Shown here: in pieces, positions 1 through 9,094 of the stretch
Numbering within the stretch: position 1 is the stretch's first letter
Layout of the letters: every line of letters starts with the position of its first letter
Assembly (NCBI GenBank): GCA_964549595.1
Contig: CAZJWK010000001.1
Span: forward strand, 35,767-99,766
Source of the DNA: an uncultured Sphingobacteriales bacterium
GTDB taxonomy: Bacteria > Bacteroidota > Bacteroidia > CAILMK01 > CAYYUA01
Reading direction: 5' to 3'
DNA: 64,000 bases
Notes under the pieces: model-generated
What the model saw: the letters and a program-made list of their open reading frames with translations, nothing else
What the model was told of the DNA's origin: nothing
Databases searched by the model: none
Position numbers and translations under genes: made by a program

Positions 1-309
1 CTTTGCCCCATCCAACAGGGCGGCTTTTTACTGGGTATGGCTAAGCCTTTTGAATGGTTCAATCTTCGCCAAAATGCATTGAGTAACTTAACCATCAAAC
101 CCACTATGGTCATGGACCGAACCCTTCAAAAATACTTGGCTCTTAACCCAATGGAGGGATCTCAATATTTAGAAACCCTTTGGCAGACCACTTATAAGGT
201 CGGTGGGAAATTCATAATATTGCTTCACAATGAAGCCCTGAGCAATAAATGGGAATGGGAAGGTTGGCAGCCCATTTTCCAGGATTTTCTGGCTAAATTG
301 AACCAATAA
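1..309 (+). CDS. C-terminal fragment of an unknown protein; its 5' end is probably outside the window. A NodB-like motif-5 hint (FIILLHNE) weakly suggests a polysaccharide deacetylase.
   Basis: Frame 1 is open from position 1 to the stop at 309, and the ORF track starts at the first Met (37). A GKFIILLHNE stretch resembles the C-terminal LxH motif of NodB deacetylases. Confidence 0.3.
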   Translation, partial: LCPIQQGGFLLGMAKPFEWFNLRQNALSNLTIKPTMVMDRTLQKYLALNPMEGSQYLETLWQTTYKVGGKFIILLHNEALSNKWEWEGWQPIFQDFLAKLNQ

Positions 310-342
310 TCATTCATAAGTAAAGGCTATCGGCATAGAATA

Positions 343-1311
343 ATGGATGTAAAACGGCTTCCTAATGAACAAATAAACCGAAAAGCGTGGGATACTTTTG
401 TAGCCGGCTCGCCACAGGGTTCTGTTTATGCTTTGTCTTCCTTTCTTGATAAGGTATTCCCGGATTGGGAAGGCCTGATATACCCAAAAGAAGAAAAATG
501 GTTAGCCATATGGCCGATATTTCCTAACAAAAAGGGATTCATCAAAACAAACCTTCAACCCCCTTTCACCCAGCATGCCGGAATCATGTTTTGTCTTCCG
601 GAAGGTGATACCTCCCACCAACATTACCAAATAAAATGCGACATTTTAAAAGCTTTTTTACGCCAATTGCCTCCTTTTCATTTATTCAGCTTAAACTTTT
701 CTCCCCAATTTGATTACCCCTTGCCTTTTTATTGGGAGGGGTATAAATTACATACCCGCTACACCTACCAGGTGGATTTATTAAACGAGCCTCCTGCCTT
801 CCATCAATTACGCGAAAATCACCAGCGAACCATAAAAAAAGCCCTGAAAAAAAACCTTCAACCAGAGAAAATAAAGGAATTGAAAGCCTTCATGGGTTTA
901 GTGAGGAGTAACCTGGTTAAAAACCAAAAAGTCCTTGATCAAAAGGGCTATGCAGTCTTGGAAAAATTGACCGGTCAAATGCTTAAACAAGGCAAGGCTT
1001 TTTTAAAAGGCATCAGGAATGAAGATGGCTATTTAGAAGCAGCAATGCTTTTTATGGCTTTTGAAAATAAGCTTTATTACCTCATAGGAACAGCAACTCC
1101 CGAGGCTAAAAACAAAGGAGCCATGGCATTATTGCTTTGGCAGGCCCTTGAAGAAGCTTATGGTCAATATGAGGTCTTTGATTTTGAAGGGTCAATGATC
1201 CCATCCATTGAGCACTTTTTTCGGGGTTTCGGGGCAAAACCGGTTCCCTATCTTTGCATCTACAAAAATCAATTACCTTTGCAACCACTATGGGCAATGT
1301 TCGGGTATTAA
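343..1311 (+). CDS. GNAT / FemAB-like acetyltransferase family protein
   Basis: 322-aa ORF. The C-terminal region (YYLIGTATPEAKNKGAMALLLWQALEEA...FDFEGS) resembles the acyl-transfer core of FemAB-like GNAT-fold proteins. Confidence 0.45.
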   Translation: MDVKRLPNEQINRKAWDTFVAGSPQGSVYALSSFLDKVFPDWEGLIYPKEEKWLAIWPIFPNKKGFIKTNLQPPFTQHAGIMFCLPEGDTSHQHYQIKCDILKAFLRQLPPFHLFSLNFSPQFDYPLPFYWEGYKLHTRYTYQVDLLNEPPAFHQLRENHQRTIKKALKKNLQPEKIKELKAFMGLVRSNLVKNQKVLDQKGYAVLEKLTGQMLKQGKAFLKGIRNEDGYLEAAMLFMAFENKLYYLIGTATPEAKNKGAMALLLWQALEEAYGQYEVFDFEGSMIPSIEHFFRGFGAKPVPYLCIYKNQLPLQPLWAMFGY

Positions 1312-1940
1312 ACGAAACACCTAGCTACCTCAACAAAATCCTTGAGGAAATTCGTGACCAAAACATCCAGCAGGATAGGTTAAGGTTTCGGACTAACCTG
1401 GAAAAGGCCGGAGAAATCATGGCCTATGAGATCAGCCGGGATTTTGAATACAAACCCCGGCAAATTCAAACCCCTTTAGGCGATACGGAATTACAAGTAC
1501 CCAATGACGACTTGGTTATTTGCTCAATTTTGAGGGCAGCCATTCCCATGCACAACGGTGTTTTAAGAATACTGGATCAGGCAGATAATGGTTTCATTTC
1601 AGCTTATCGTCACCACACTGATGAAAAAAAGTTTGAAATACGATTGGAATATTTGGCCGCTCCTGAGATGGAAGGAAAAACCCTTCTCTTGATAGACCCC
1701 ATGTTGGCCACAGGCAGAAGCATGACGATTAGCTATCAATCATTGGTTGAGCAAAAAGGCACGCCTGATAAAGTTATACTGGCAGGGCTTATTGGTAGTG
1801 AAGAGGGTTTGGATTATGTCCAATCTAAAATACCAAAAGCCCAGGTTTATCTGGCTGCTTTGGACGGCGAGCTAACCGCCAAATCCTTTATAGTACCTGG
1901 ATTGGGGGATGCCGGGGATTTGGCATTCGGAGAAAAATAA
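1290..1940 (+). CDS. upp: Uracil phosphoribosyltransferase
   Basis: The N-terminus MGNVRVLNETPSYL... and a PRPP-binding loop (LLLIDPMLATGRSM) are typical of UPRTase, as is the length of about 217 aa. The in-frame ATG at 1290 is the likely true start, and it overlaps the upstream gene by about 20 nt. Confidence 0.9.
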   Translation: MGNVRVLNETPSYLNKILEEIRDQNIQQDRLRFRTNLEKAGEIMAYEISRDFEYKPRQIQTPLGDTELQVPNDDLVICSILRAAIPMHNGVLRILDQADNGFISAYRHHTDEKKFEIRLEYLAAPEMEGKTLLLIDPMLATGRSMTISYQSLVEQKGTPDKVILAGLIGSEEGLDYVQSKIPKAQVYLAALDGELTAKSFIVPGLGDAGDLAFGEK

Positions 1941-1985
1941 AACCTTTCAAAAGTATTCAAAAATTTTTTTCATAATTTTATCACC

Positions 1986-2459
1986 ATGTTGGCAGAGCTT
2001 TTAAAAGCGCTTTCAGTATTAGGCCTTTCCTCCACCAAATTCATGATGGGAACAGGATTGGTGATGGTCTATGCTTACAACTTTTGGGTATCATTTCTGC
2101 TGACTTTTCTGGGAGGAATGGGTGGTTTTTTTGTCTTCATTGTTTTCAGTAAATCCATGCTAAACCTGAACAGGCGCTGGCGAGCCAAACGTAACCTTCC
2201 GCTTTTTACCCGTCATCATCGCGTTCTGGTAAAAATACGTAAAAATTGCGGATTGCCCAGTATTGCTTTTTTAACACCCATTTTCCTGACAGTGCCGGTA
2301 GGCACCTTTATGGCCGTCTCCCTGGCTCCAAGTAGAAAAAGCCTTTTTTTCTACATGACTTCGGCTTTTTTGGTATGGTCCTTAATATTTAACGGAAGTT
2401 TTAGTTGGTTAGGGGTTGATTTACAAGCCTGGTTTTGGCAAATAATAGGCTTGGATTAA
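1986..2459 (+). CDS. Small multi-pass membrane protein, unknown function
   Basis: 157 aa with several hydrophobic segments (GLVMVYAYNFWVSFLLTFLGGMGGFFVFIVF...) and no recognisable catalytic motif. Confidence 0.4.
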   Translation: MLAELLKALSVLGLSSTKFMMGTGLVMVYAYNFWVSFLLTFLGGMGGFFVFIVFSKSMLNLNRRWRAKRNLPLFTRHHRVLVKIRKNCGLPSIAFLTPIFLTVPVGTFMAVSLAPSRKSLFFYMTSAFLVWSLIFNGSFSWLGVDLQAWFWQIIGLD

Positions 2460-2616
2460 ATACCCCTAAATACACTTCCTTTTTAGCATATGACCTTTAA
2501 CCAATCCTAAGTAAAAATCCAGGATTAAAAATGACCCAAGCTTCCATTGAAAGATTATCAAAAAATTCCTCCAGAGCCCCCCTAAAAACAAGATGAGCTT
2601 GGGCCATTTTCAGAAA

Positions 2617-2898
2617 TTATTCTTGTAGACTCTTCAAAATATCCCCTAAACCAATCCGCTTAAGATACGGGCTTTCCGGATTTAACTTTTTAAAACTTCG
2701 GATCTTTATGATAGACCGCCATTCCCGGTGGTACCACATTTCCACGTAGAAGTTCCGTACCGCATAAAGCGCAATACCATAGTAGTATTCTTCAATGCTC
2801 ATTAGAAAACGCCCAATTTGAGGGGTACAATGGCATTTGACACGTACCGGCAACCGGTTAAATTGTTCCAAATTCACAAGCACACATATTTTTGCCAT
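2617..2898 (-). CDS. Hypothetical protein, possibly spurious
   Basis: 93-aa ORF between metE and a membrane protein gene, with no recognisable motifs. Confidence 0.2.
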   Translation of the reverse strand: MAKICVLVNLEQFNRLPVRVKCHCTPQIGRFLMSIEEYYYGIALYAVRNFYVEMWYHREWRSIIKIRSFKKLNPESPYLKRIGLGDILKSLQE

Positions 2899-2935
2899 TA
2901 ACGCAACAGATTAGATTCAAACAGGAGCTTATTTT

Positions 2936-2971
2936 GGAAATGGTGCAAGGATGACCCATTACACCATTTCC
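2936..2971 (-). terminator. Hairpin downstream of metE (GGAAATGGTG / CACCATTTCC, 10-bp stem)
   Basis: A perfect 10-bp inverted repeat lies about 40 nt past the metE stop on the minus strand. The 16-nt loop is long for a classic intrinsic terminator. Confidence 0.3.
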
Positions 2972-3011
2972 TATTTCTGACAATTAAAATAACCCCCGAT
3001 TACTTACCCTT

Positions 3012-5330
3012 TTAAGCTTCAGTTTCAACGGTTTCCCGCAGTTCCCTGGCTGCTTGCACCATATTTCGCAAAGCGCCTTCAGTTTCTTCCCAATTACGGG
3101 TTTTCAAACCACAATCGGGATTAACCCATAAGTTTTCAGCAGGAAGCAAACTGGCTGCTTTTTGAATCAATTGCTCCATTTCGGCTTTGGTGGGAATACG
3201 GGGAGAGTGAATATCATAAACACCCGGACCGATCTCATTGGGATATTGATATTCAACAAAAGCATCCAGCAATTCCATCTGAGAGCGGGATGTTTCAATA
3301 GTAATCACATCCGCATCCAGGTTGGCTATGCTTTCAATGATGTCATTGAATTCGGCATAACACATGTGCGTGTGAATCTGTATTTCATCGCTAACCACAG
3401 AGGAAGCCAATCGGAAAGCATTGACTGCCCAATCCAGGTATTCCTGCCAATCTTCTTTTCGCAAAGGCAACCCTTCACGAAGAGCCGGTTCATCAATCTG
3501 TATGACTTTTATGCCTGCTTCCTCGAGGTCTTTTACCTCATCTCTTATAGCCAGTCCGATTTGGTAAGCCGTTTCAGATTTGGGTTGGTCATCCCGGACA
3601 AAAGACCATTGAAGCATGGTAACCGGACCGGTTAACATGCCTTTGACAGGCTTATCAGTGAGGGATTGGGCATACTTAATCCAATCAACGGTCATGGGGT
3701 TTTTCCGCTCGACATCACCGTAAATAATGGGCGGTTTAACGCAACGAGTGCCAAAGCTCTGAACCCAACCAAACTGGGTGAAAACGTAGCCTTCCAGTTT
3801 TTCTCCGAAATATTCGACCATGTCATTGCGCTCAAATTCACCATGAACAAGGACGTCCAAGCCAATGTCTTCCTGCCAGTCGATGGCTTTTTTAGTAGCA
3901 TCTTTCAGGGCTGCCTGATATTGGGCTTCTGTAATTTCGCCTTTCTTCCATTGCTGCCTTAACTTTCGAATATTCTGAGTTTGGGGAAAAGATCCGATGG
4001 TAGTGGTTGGGAATTTCGGAAGGCTAAGGTTTTGATGCTGTTGCTCCCTTCGTTCCGGGAAAGGATGTTCCCTTTTAAAATCCCTGGCTTTTACGCTACT
4101 GGCACGTTCCTTAATGCGGGCATTATGGATTAAATGACTCTCTTGCCTGCTTTTAATGGCTTTTCGGTTTGCTTCCAGGTGTTGTTGATAGTGATCTTTT
4201 TTGTCAGGATCAGCCAACGCACCAAGAATGGCTACTTCTTGTGATTTTTGCTTGGCAAAAGCAAGCCAGTTTTTAATTTCAGGGGTCAGTACATCTTCCT
4301 TACTTTCTAAGTCCAAATCATAGGGCGAAAGCAATAAAGAGCAGGAAGGAGCCACCATGACCCTTTCCTTGCCCAAATGTTTCACAGCTTGGTTAATAAA
4401 GGTGAGGGAATGGTCAAACTCGTTTTTCCAAACATTCCGGCCATTTACCACGCCCAGAGACAGGGACATGTTTTCAGGAAGTTGGGGAAGCACTTTATCA
4501 AGGCTTTCAGGTGCTTTCACCAGATCAATATGAAGGGCATCAACAGGGAGGGATGCTGCCAATTCAGTATTTTCTCGTAATCCCTGGAAATAAGTAGTCA
4601 CCATTATTTTTTGTTGGTCATTTTGCTTACCAAGGGATTGGTAGGCTTTTTCATAAGCTTTCCTTGTATCATCCCCTAAATTAAGGGCCAGGAAGGGCTC
4701 ATCCAGCTGAACCCATTCGGCTCCCGCTTCACTAAGCTTATCCAGAATTTCTTGATAAACAGGTAACAAGTTATCCAGGAGGGACAACCGGTTTACATCT
4801 TCTTCTTTTCCCTTGCTAAGCAGTAAAAAGCTGACCGGTCCGAGCAGGAAAGGCTTTGCATTGAATCCTTTAGCCTTCGCTTCTTTGAATTCGTCAACCA
4901 CTTTTTCCGAGTGCAGCTTAAATTCATGCTTATGGTCCAATTCGGGTACAATATAATGGTAGTTGGTATCAAACCACTTGGTCATTTCCATGGCGATCAC
5001 ATCGTGCTTTTCATCCTGATAGCCCCTTGCCATGGCAAAATAAAGGTCAAGATCGGCCATATCCTTATCCTGTTGAATCGATTTATACCGATCGGGAATA
5101 GCACCAACGGTAAAAGCCATGTCTAATACATGGTCGTAGTAAGAAAAGTCGTTAACAGGTATAAGGTCTATACCGGCTTCATACTGGGTTTGCCAATTGT
5201 GTTCCCGGATTTGCCTACCGGTTTCCACCAATTCGGATTGCTGAATTTTTCCTTTCCAATACTTTTCAGCAGCCTTTTTCAATTCTCTTTTGGGACCGAT
5301 TCGCGGATACCCTAAGTTGTGTGTAATCAT
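3012..5330 (-). CDS. metE: Cobalamin-independent methionine synthase (5-methyltetrahydropteroyltriglutamate--homocysteine S-methyltransferase)
   Basis: 772 aa. The N-terminus MITHNLGYPRIGPKRELKKAAEKYW and a C-terminal zinc-binding region (IQIDEPALRE, HTHMCY, DCGLKTR) are hallmarks of MetE. Confidence 0.95.
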   Translation of the reverse strand: MITHNLGYPRIGPKRELKKAAEKYWKGKIQQSELVETGRQIREHNWQTQYEAGIDLIPVNDFSYYDHVLDMAFTVGAIPDRYKSIQQDKDMADLDLYFAMARGYQDEKHDVIAMEMTKWFDTNYHYIVPELDHKHEFKLHSEKVVDEFKEAKAKGFNAKPFLLGPVSFLLLSKGKEEDVNRLSLLDNLLPVYQEILDKLSEAGAEWVQLDEPFLALNLGDDTRKAYEKAYQSLGKQNDQQKIMVTTYFQGLRENTELAASLPVDALHIDLVKAPESLDKVLPQLPENMSLSLGVVNGRNVWKNEFDHSLTFINQAVKHLGKERVMVAPSCSLLLSPYDLDLESKEDVLTPEIKNWLAFAKQKSQEVAILGALADPDKKDHYQQHLEANRKAIKSRQESHLIHNARIKERASSVKARDFKREHPFPERREQQHQNLSLPKFPTTTIGSFPQTQNIRKLRQQWKKGEITEAQYQAALKDATKKAIDWQEDIGLDVLVHGEFERNDMVEYFGEKLEGYVFTQFGWVQSFGTRCVKPPIIYGDVERKNPMTVDWIKYAQSLTDKPVKGMLTGPVTMLQWSFVRDDQPKSETAYQIGLAIRDEVKDLEEAGIKVIQIDEPALREGLPLRKEDWQEYLDWAVNAFRLASSVVSDEIQIHTHMCYAEFNDIIESIANLDADVITIETSRSQMELLDAFVEYQYPNEIGPGVYDIHSPRIPTKAEMEQLIQKAASLLPAENLWVNPDCGLKTRNWEETEGALRNMVQAARELRETVETEA

Positions 5331-5479
5331 AGGTTTTCAATTTTTTGATTTGACAAAAAACCTACGATGCCCGCGAAAAAAAGTTACGATAAGGACGGCG
5401 AAGTGCTTTTAGGCAGGATTTAAAAGACTAAAAGCCAAGTCAACAATTCCTTAACGTTGCTTCGGATCGCGGAAGCATC

Positions 5480-5700
5480 GTTAACACAGGCAAGGCAAGT
5501 CTCCTGGCTTATAACCTTTTTGACCGCCTTCCCATCCGCCGGTTAGCGAACAGTGGCTTATATGGCCAAAAATCCGGTTAATCACAGTTGCGCGTCAGCT
5601 CAGGAATTTCCGACCAATGACGAATCACCTGATTCCTTTTTAATCCCTTGTTAAAAAGGGAACCCTCCCTGTCGGTTTTTAAAAGAACAATTTCATTTTA
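5480..5700 (-). promoter_or_regulatory. Cobalamin (B12) riboswitch in the metE 5' leader
   Basis: The minus-strand transcript contains AGGGAGGG...AGGTGATTCG...TCGGAAATTCC...GCTGACGCGCAACTGTGA...GCCACTG...GGGAAGGCGG. The core (GGTG..TCC..GCAACTGT) and the B12 box (GCCACTG, plus-strand cagtggc at 5551-5557) match the cobalamin riboswitch consensus. It sits 150-350 nt upstream of the metE start. Confidence 0.8.
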
Positions 5701-5806
5701 GTAACAAGCACAAATCTAAAGGGTTTCGTTGGAAAAGAAAATTCAATTAAAACATATTTTAGAAAAACCAGCATGCCCCTTCGATAAATCTCCCTGAAAA
5801 ATTCAC

Positions 5807-6523
5807 CTATTGGCGAAGGCTTGTTAAAAATTCCATAACATCAGACCTTTCCTCAAATTCCACCCGTTTATGAGTTTCCGGAACACGCATTGTGAAATAA
5901 TGCTTTTCCGGTTTTTCGTCCATTATCAATTGAGCCTTGAAACCCATAGAAAACCCTTTAGAGCCTTCTTTTTCTATAATGAGATGAAGGGGTAATCTAT
6001 TTATTTTATCCGGAAGAAATGGGAAGCATTGATTGGGAAGTTTGATTTTTTCTGCTACCCAAACCACTAAATTCGGTTCTTCCTCAGTGATGACACGAAT
6101 CCTTCGGGCCTTAAGCCCTGATATTTGCTTCTTATTTTTGGTTACTTGTATCCTTTTGAAATCCATTGTGAAAGTCTGAATAAATTGATCCAAAGCATAC
6201 TTCTGAGCAAACCTAAAGGTGTCAAAATTGACCATATACAATACGCTGTCATTGTTCGATACAAACTTCTTTTTAACATTCATACTGTAAGTACTAAACC
6301 ATCCATTTCTTTTCCAGCCATACTTTAAATAAAAGTGCTTTGTTAAAGGGTTAGAAGGTGGGGCCATATCATTTTTGAATTCTACTTTGTACTTAATAAT
6401 GCCAGTGTTCCAAGAGGAATCATTCTTCCGGATAACTTTTAAATCAAAAGAATTAGTATCCCATGAACGATAAATTAGGACAATGAAAACAATGATAGCA
6501 AGAAATGACAAAAATTTTTTCAT
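5807..6523 (-). CDS. Secreted / membrane-anchored hypothetical protein
   Basis: 238 aa with an N-terminal hydrophobic signal or anchor (MKKFLSFLAIIVFIVLIY) and no catalytic motifs. Confidence 0.45.
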   Translation of the reverse strand: MKKFLSFLAIIVFIVLIYRSWDTNSFDLKVIRKNDSSWNTGIIKYKVEFKNDMAPPSNPLTKHFYLKYGWKRNGWFSTYSMNVKKKFVSNNDSVLYMVNFDTFRFAQKYALDQFIQTFTMDFKRIQVTKNKKQISGLKARRIRVITEEEPNLVVWVAEKIKLPNQCFPFLPDKINRLPLHLIIEKEGSKGFSMGFKAQLIMDEKPEKHYFTMRVPETHKRVEFEERSDVMEFLTSLRQ

Positions 6524-6576
6524 GGCATTACCATGTATATGGATTTTTATTCAACCCATTGGCCCTAAAATACCCC

Positions 6577-7029
6577 TCATTCTCTCTGCTTAGAATCCAG
6601 CCAAATCGTAACCGGACCTTCATTGGTCAGGCTTACATCCATTTGAGCACCAAATTCCCCTGTGGCTATTTTTTTATCAATGGCCTCTTCGCATTGCTTA
6701 ATGAAAGATTCATATAATGGAATGGCCGTATCAGGATTGGCTGCCCTGATGAAAGAAGGTCGGTTGCCTTTTTTGGTACTGGCATGGAGGGTAAACTGAC
6801 TGATTATCATTAAATCACCACCGACTGATTTCAGGTTCAGGTTCATTTTGCCTTCCTCATCTTCAAAAATTCGCATGTTGGTGATCTTTTTAACCAACCA
6901 CCGGATATCTTCTTCGGCATCAGCTTCCTCAATACCAAGGAAGATAACAAACCCCCTTGAGATCCTGCCGTTTTCAGTACCCTCTATTGCCACATTAGCG
7001 GTTTTAACCTTTTGGATCAATGCTCGCAT
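6577..7029 (-). CDS. dtd: D-aminoacyl-tRNA deacylase
   Basis: 150 aa. The N-terminus MRALIQKV..A.V and the SQFTL motif (ISQFTLHA) are characteristic of Dtd. Confidence 0.9.
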   Translation of the reverse strand: MRALIQKVKTANVAIEGTENGRISRGFVIFLGIEEADAEEDIRWLVKKITNMRIFEDEEGKMNLNLKSVGGDLMIISQFTLHASTKKGNRPSFIRAANPDTAIPLYESFIKQCEEAIDKKIATGEFGAQMDVSLTNEGPVTIWLDSKQRE

Positions 7030-7082
7030 GGACTCCTTTTCTAATGAAGACCAAATGTCGTAATAATTGCGGATAGTGCAAG

Positions 7083-8330
7083 TTAGTATTCAGAAATAAA
7101 ATGCTGTTTTATCAACGCACTCCACAAAAAAAGCAAAATTCCGGTGATCAATAAAAAAGTAAAAGCCATTAACACCCATTCAAAAACCCAATAATTGATA
7201 AAAAATGGCTGAAAAATCCCTTTAAAAGCAAGTAAACCTTCCATAGTGGCAAATCCCACTAAGTAAAGCCATAATCCCATTTTGAAGCTTGTATTTTCGG
7301 GAATTAACCGGGCTTTCAAAAACCAAAAAACCAATCCGGAACTCACAAACCCCAACATGACCAGGTGCAAATACGCTACTATAATATCCCGGCTACCAAA
7401 AGCCAAAGGATAAAAGGCTGGTATTGCAGACATCGTTTGCAAGCAGAATTTGACCAAAACGCTTATCAAAGCAAGGTAGAATAATATTTTTGAGGAAAGT
7501 CCTGTGAAAGTTAAGCCCCTTTTTTTAGGATTTTTGAATAGGGCTAAGAGGAACAAAAAAGCGAAAAGCTGCACAATGGACGAAACAATGGCCAATCCTT
7601 CTACCATTAAAGGCAAATTAAAATTCAGCAAAGAAAGGAAATAGGCCGGTATGGTGGCCCAAAAAAGGAACCAAAAAGCCTTTTTGCCTTTCTTTAATGC
7701 TTTTTCTGTCAAAACCACATTAAAATGGTATAACCCCAAACCCATTAAGGCAAACGTAAACCAGCCATTATATTGGAAATGCAGATAAAAATAAATGGAC
7801 TGGTCGTACCAGTGCGTATCCTCCCATCCCTGGGCTCCTATGTAGGCCAAGGCCCAGGGCCCGAAAGAGGAAAAGACCATAAATACCAAGCTGCCCGCAA
7901 GGAATTTCCGCACCAAAGGGTTCAGGTGAAAAGTCTTTGGATTCCAATGTTTCCACAAATAGGCGGTAAAGCTGTAGGATAGCAAAATGTGGAGGGTTGA
8001 AAAAGCAATTGAATAAGTCCCGTATCCCTGAAAAGGAAAAGTAAATAACATCCCCAGTATGGCAACCTGGGTGAGCCCGAACAAAATTTTTACAGACCAC
8101 TTCTTAAACCCGTTTTCGCCAAAGATAACGCATATAATAGCAGTTATCAGGGCCATATAAACCCATCCCAGCATAGCCAAATGGGAATGGGTATGCAGGA
8201 AATAATCAAAAGTAAAACTACTCAAAAAGCCTGATTTCAAAGCCCTCAGGAATAAACCCAAAAGTGAAGTAATTAACCAATAAAGGAGGGCAACTCTAAA
8301 CCAGTTCAGGCTGGTTGAACGGAATAACAT
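7083..8330 (-). CDS. Polytopic membrane protein, NnrS-like (about 12 TM segments, His-rich)
   Basis: 415 aa, highly hydrophobic, with conserved-looking His residues (LHTHSHLAMLGW). It lies immediately downstream of an FNR-type regulator, as nnrS genes often do. The family call is tentative. Confidence 0.35.
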   Translation of the reverse strand: MLFRSTSLNWFRVALLYWLITSLLGLFLRALKSGFLSSFTFDYFLHTHSHLAMLGWVYMALITAIICVIFGENGFKKWSVKILFGLTQVAILGMLFTFPFQGYGTYSIAFSTLHILLSYSFTAYLWKHWNPKTFHLNPLVRKFLAGSLVFMVFSSFGPWALAYIGAQGWEDTHWYDQSIYFYLHFQYNGWFTFALMGLGLYHFNVVLTEKALKKGKKAFWFLFWATIPAYFLSLLNFNLPLMVEGLAIVSSIVQLFAFLFLLALFKNPKKRGLTFTGLSSKILFYLALISVLVKFCLQTMSAIPAFYPLAFGSRDIIVAYLHLVMLGFVSSGLVFWFLKARLIPENTSFKMGLWLYLVGFATMEGLLAFKGIFQPFFINYWVFEWVLMAFTFLLITGILLFLWSALIKQHFISEY

Positions 8331-8336
8331 GCGTTT

Positions 8337-9047
8337 TTAGATTTCCGGCTGACTAAGCCTGTACAAAGCTTTTTCATCCAGTAATTGAATAGACTTACCA
8401 CTTAAGGCAATATATTTTTCGGCCTCAAGGGCATTCAGAGAACGAATAACCGTTTCATAAGTAGTTCCTGCAAGACCGGCCAAATCCTTCCGGGTCATCC
8501 TCAGTTTAAGCAAGGATTTGTTTTCTTCCTGAACCCCAAAAACCTGTTTCACCATTAACAAAGCATCAGCAATTCTACTTTTCGCGCTCATGCGGACTAA
8601 GTTACGCATTCTTCGTTCTGCCAACTTAAGTTCCCCTGCGTAAAACATGAGTAATTGGTAGGTCAATGGCAGATTGGTTTTCAATAAACGGTCAAACAAA
8701 TCATTCCCGATAAAACAAATTTTAGAGGATTCAAGGGCAGTGGCTGAAACGGGATAGTACAATGCTCCGCCAAAACCCCGGTGTCCCAAAACATCACCGG
8801 ATTTTGCCAATCTTACGATATATTCCTTATTACTTTCCCACTTTTTATGCACTTTAACCTTGCCTTCATAAATGAAGAAAATGCCGTTTACCGAGCCGCC
8901 TTCTTCTATAATCCTTTCACCCTTTTTATACCTGTAAATGGGCTTGAAATGGCTTAAAAAAGCCCACCACTCCGGGTAAACAAATTGCTTGATAAAGCAC
9001 GCTTGGTTATCACAACTTTCGCAATCAAGGGGTTTAACAGGTTCCAT
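8337..9047 (-). CDS. FNR-type Crp/Fnr family transcriptional regulator (cNMP-binding fold plus C-terminal HTH) with an N-terminal Cys cluster
   Basis: 236 aa. The N-terminal CESCDNQAC (C-x2-C-x4-C) plus Cys111 (KICFIG) mirrors the four [4Fe-4S] ligands of FNR. The C-terminal HTH is RKDLAGLAGTTYETVIRSLNALE. Confidence 0.75.
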   Translation of the reverse strand: MEPVKPLDCESCDNQACFIKQFVYPEWWAFLSHFKPIYRYKKGERIIEEGGSVNGIFFIYEGKVKVHKKWESNKEYIVRLAKSGDVLGHRGFGGALYYPVSATALESSKICFIGNDLFDRLLKTNLPLTYQLLMFYAGELKLAERRMRNLVRMSAKSRIADALLMVKQVFGVQEENKSLLKLRMTRKDLAGLAGTTYETVIRSLNALEAEKYIALSGKSIQLLDEKALYRLSQPEI

Positions 9048-9094
9048 AAAAGTTTTTAAAACCTTTTTTAAGGTAAGTTTTTGTTAAGATAGCT

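Noticed and set aside
2617-2898. Possible IS200/transposase remnant
   Set aside because: There is no HuH (HxH) motif and no terminal inverted repeats, so the ORF is likely hypothetical or spurious.
3162-5315. Multiple plus-strand ORFs inside metE, and similar antisense ORFs inside the histidine kinase, polA, bshC and ftsY
   Set aside because: They lie entirely antisense to strongly supported genes and are low-complexity, which is the typical shadow-ORF pattern.
5331-5480. Explicit intrinsic terminator in the riboswitch expression platform
   Set aside because: A U-run (GGTTTTTTG on the transcript) is present near 5353-5361, but I could not identify a convincing preceding GC-rich stem by eye. 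Whether the mechanism is transcriptional or translational is left open.
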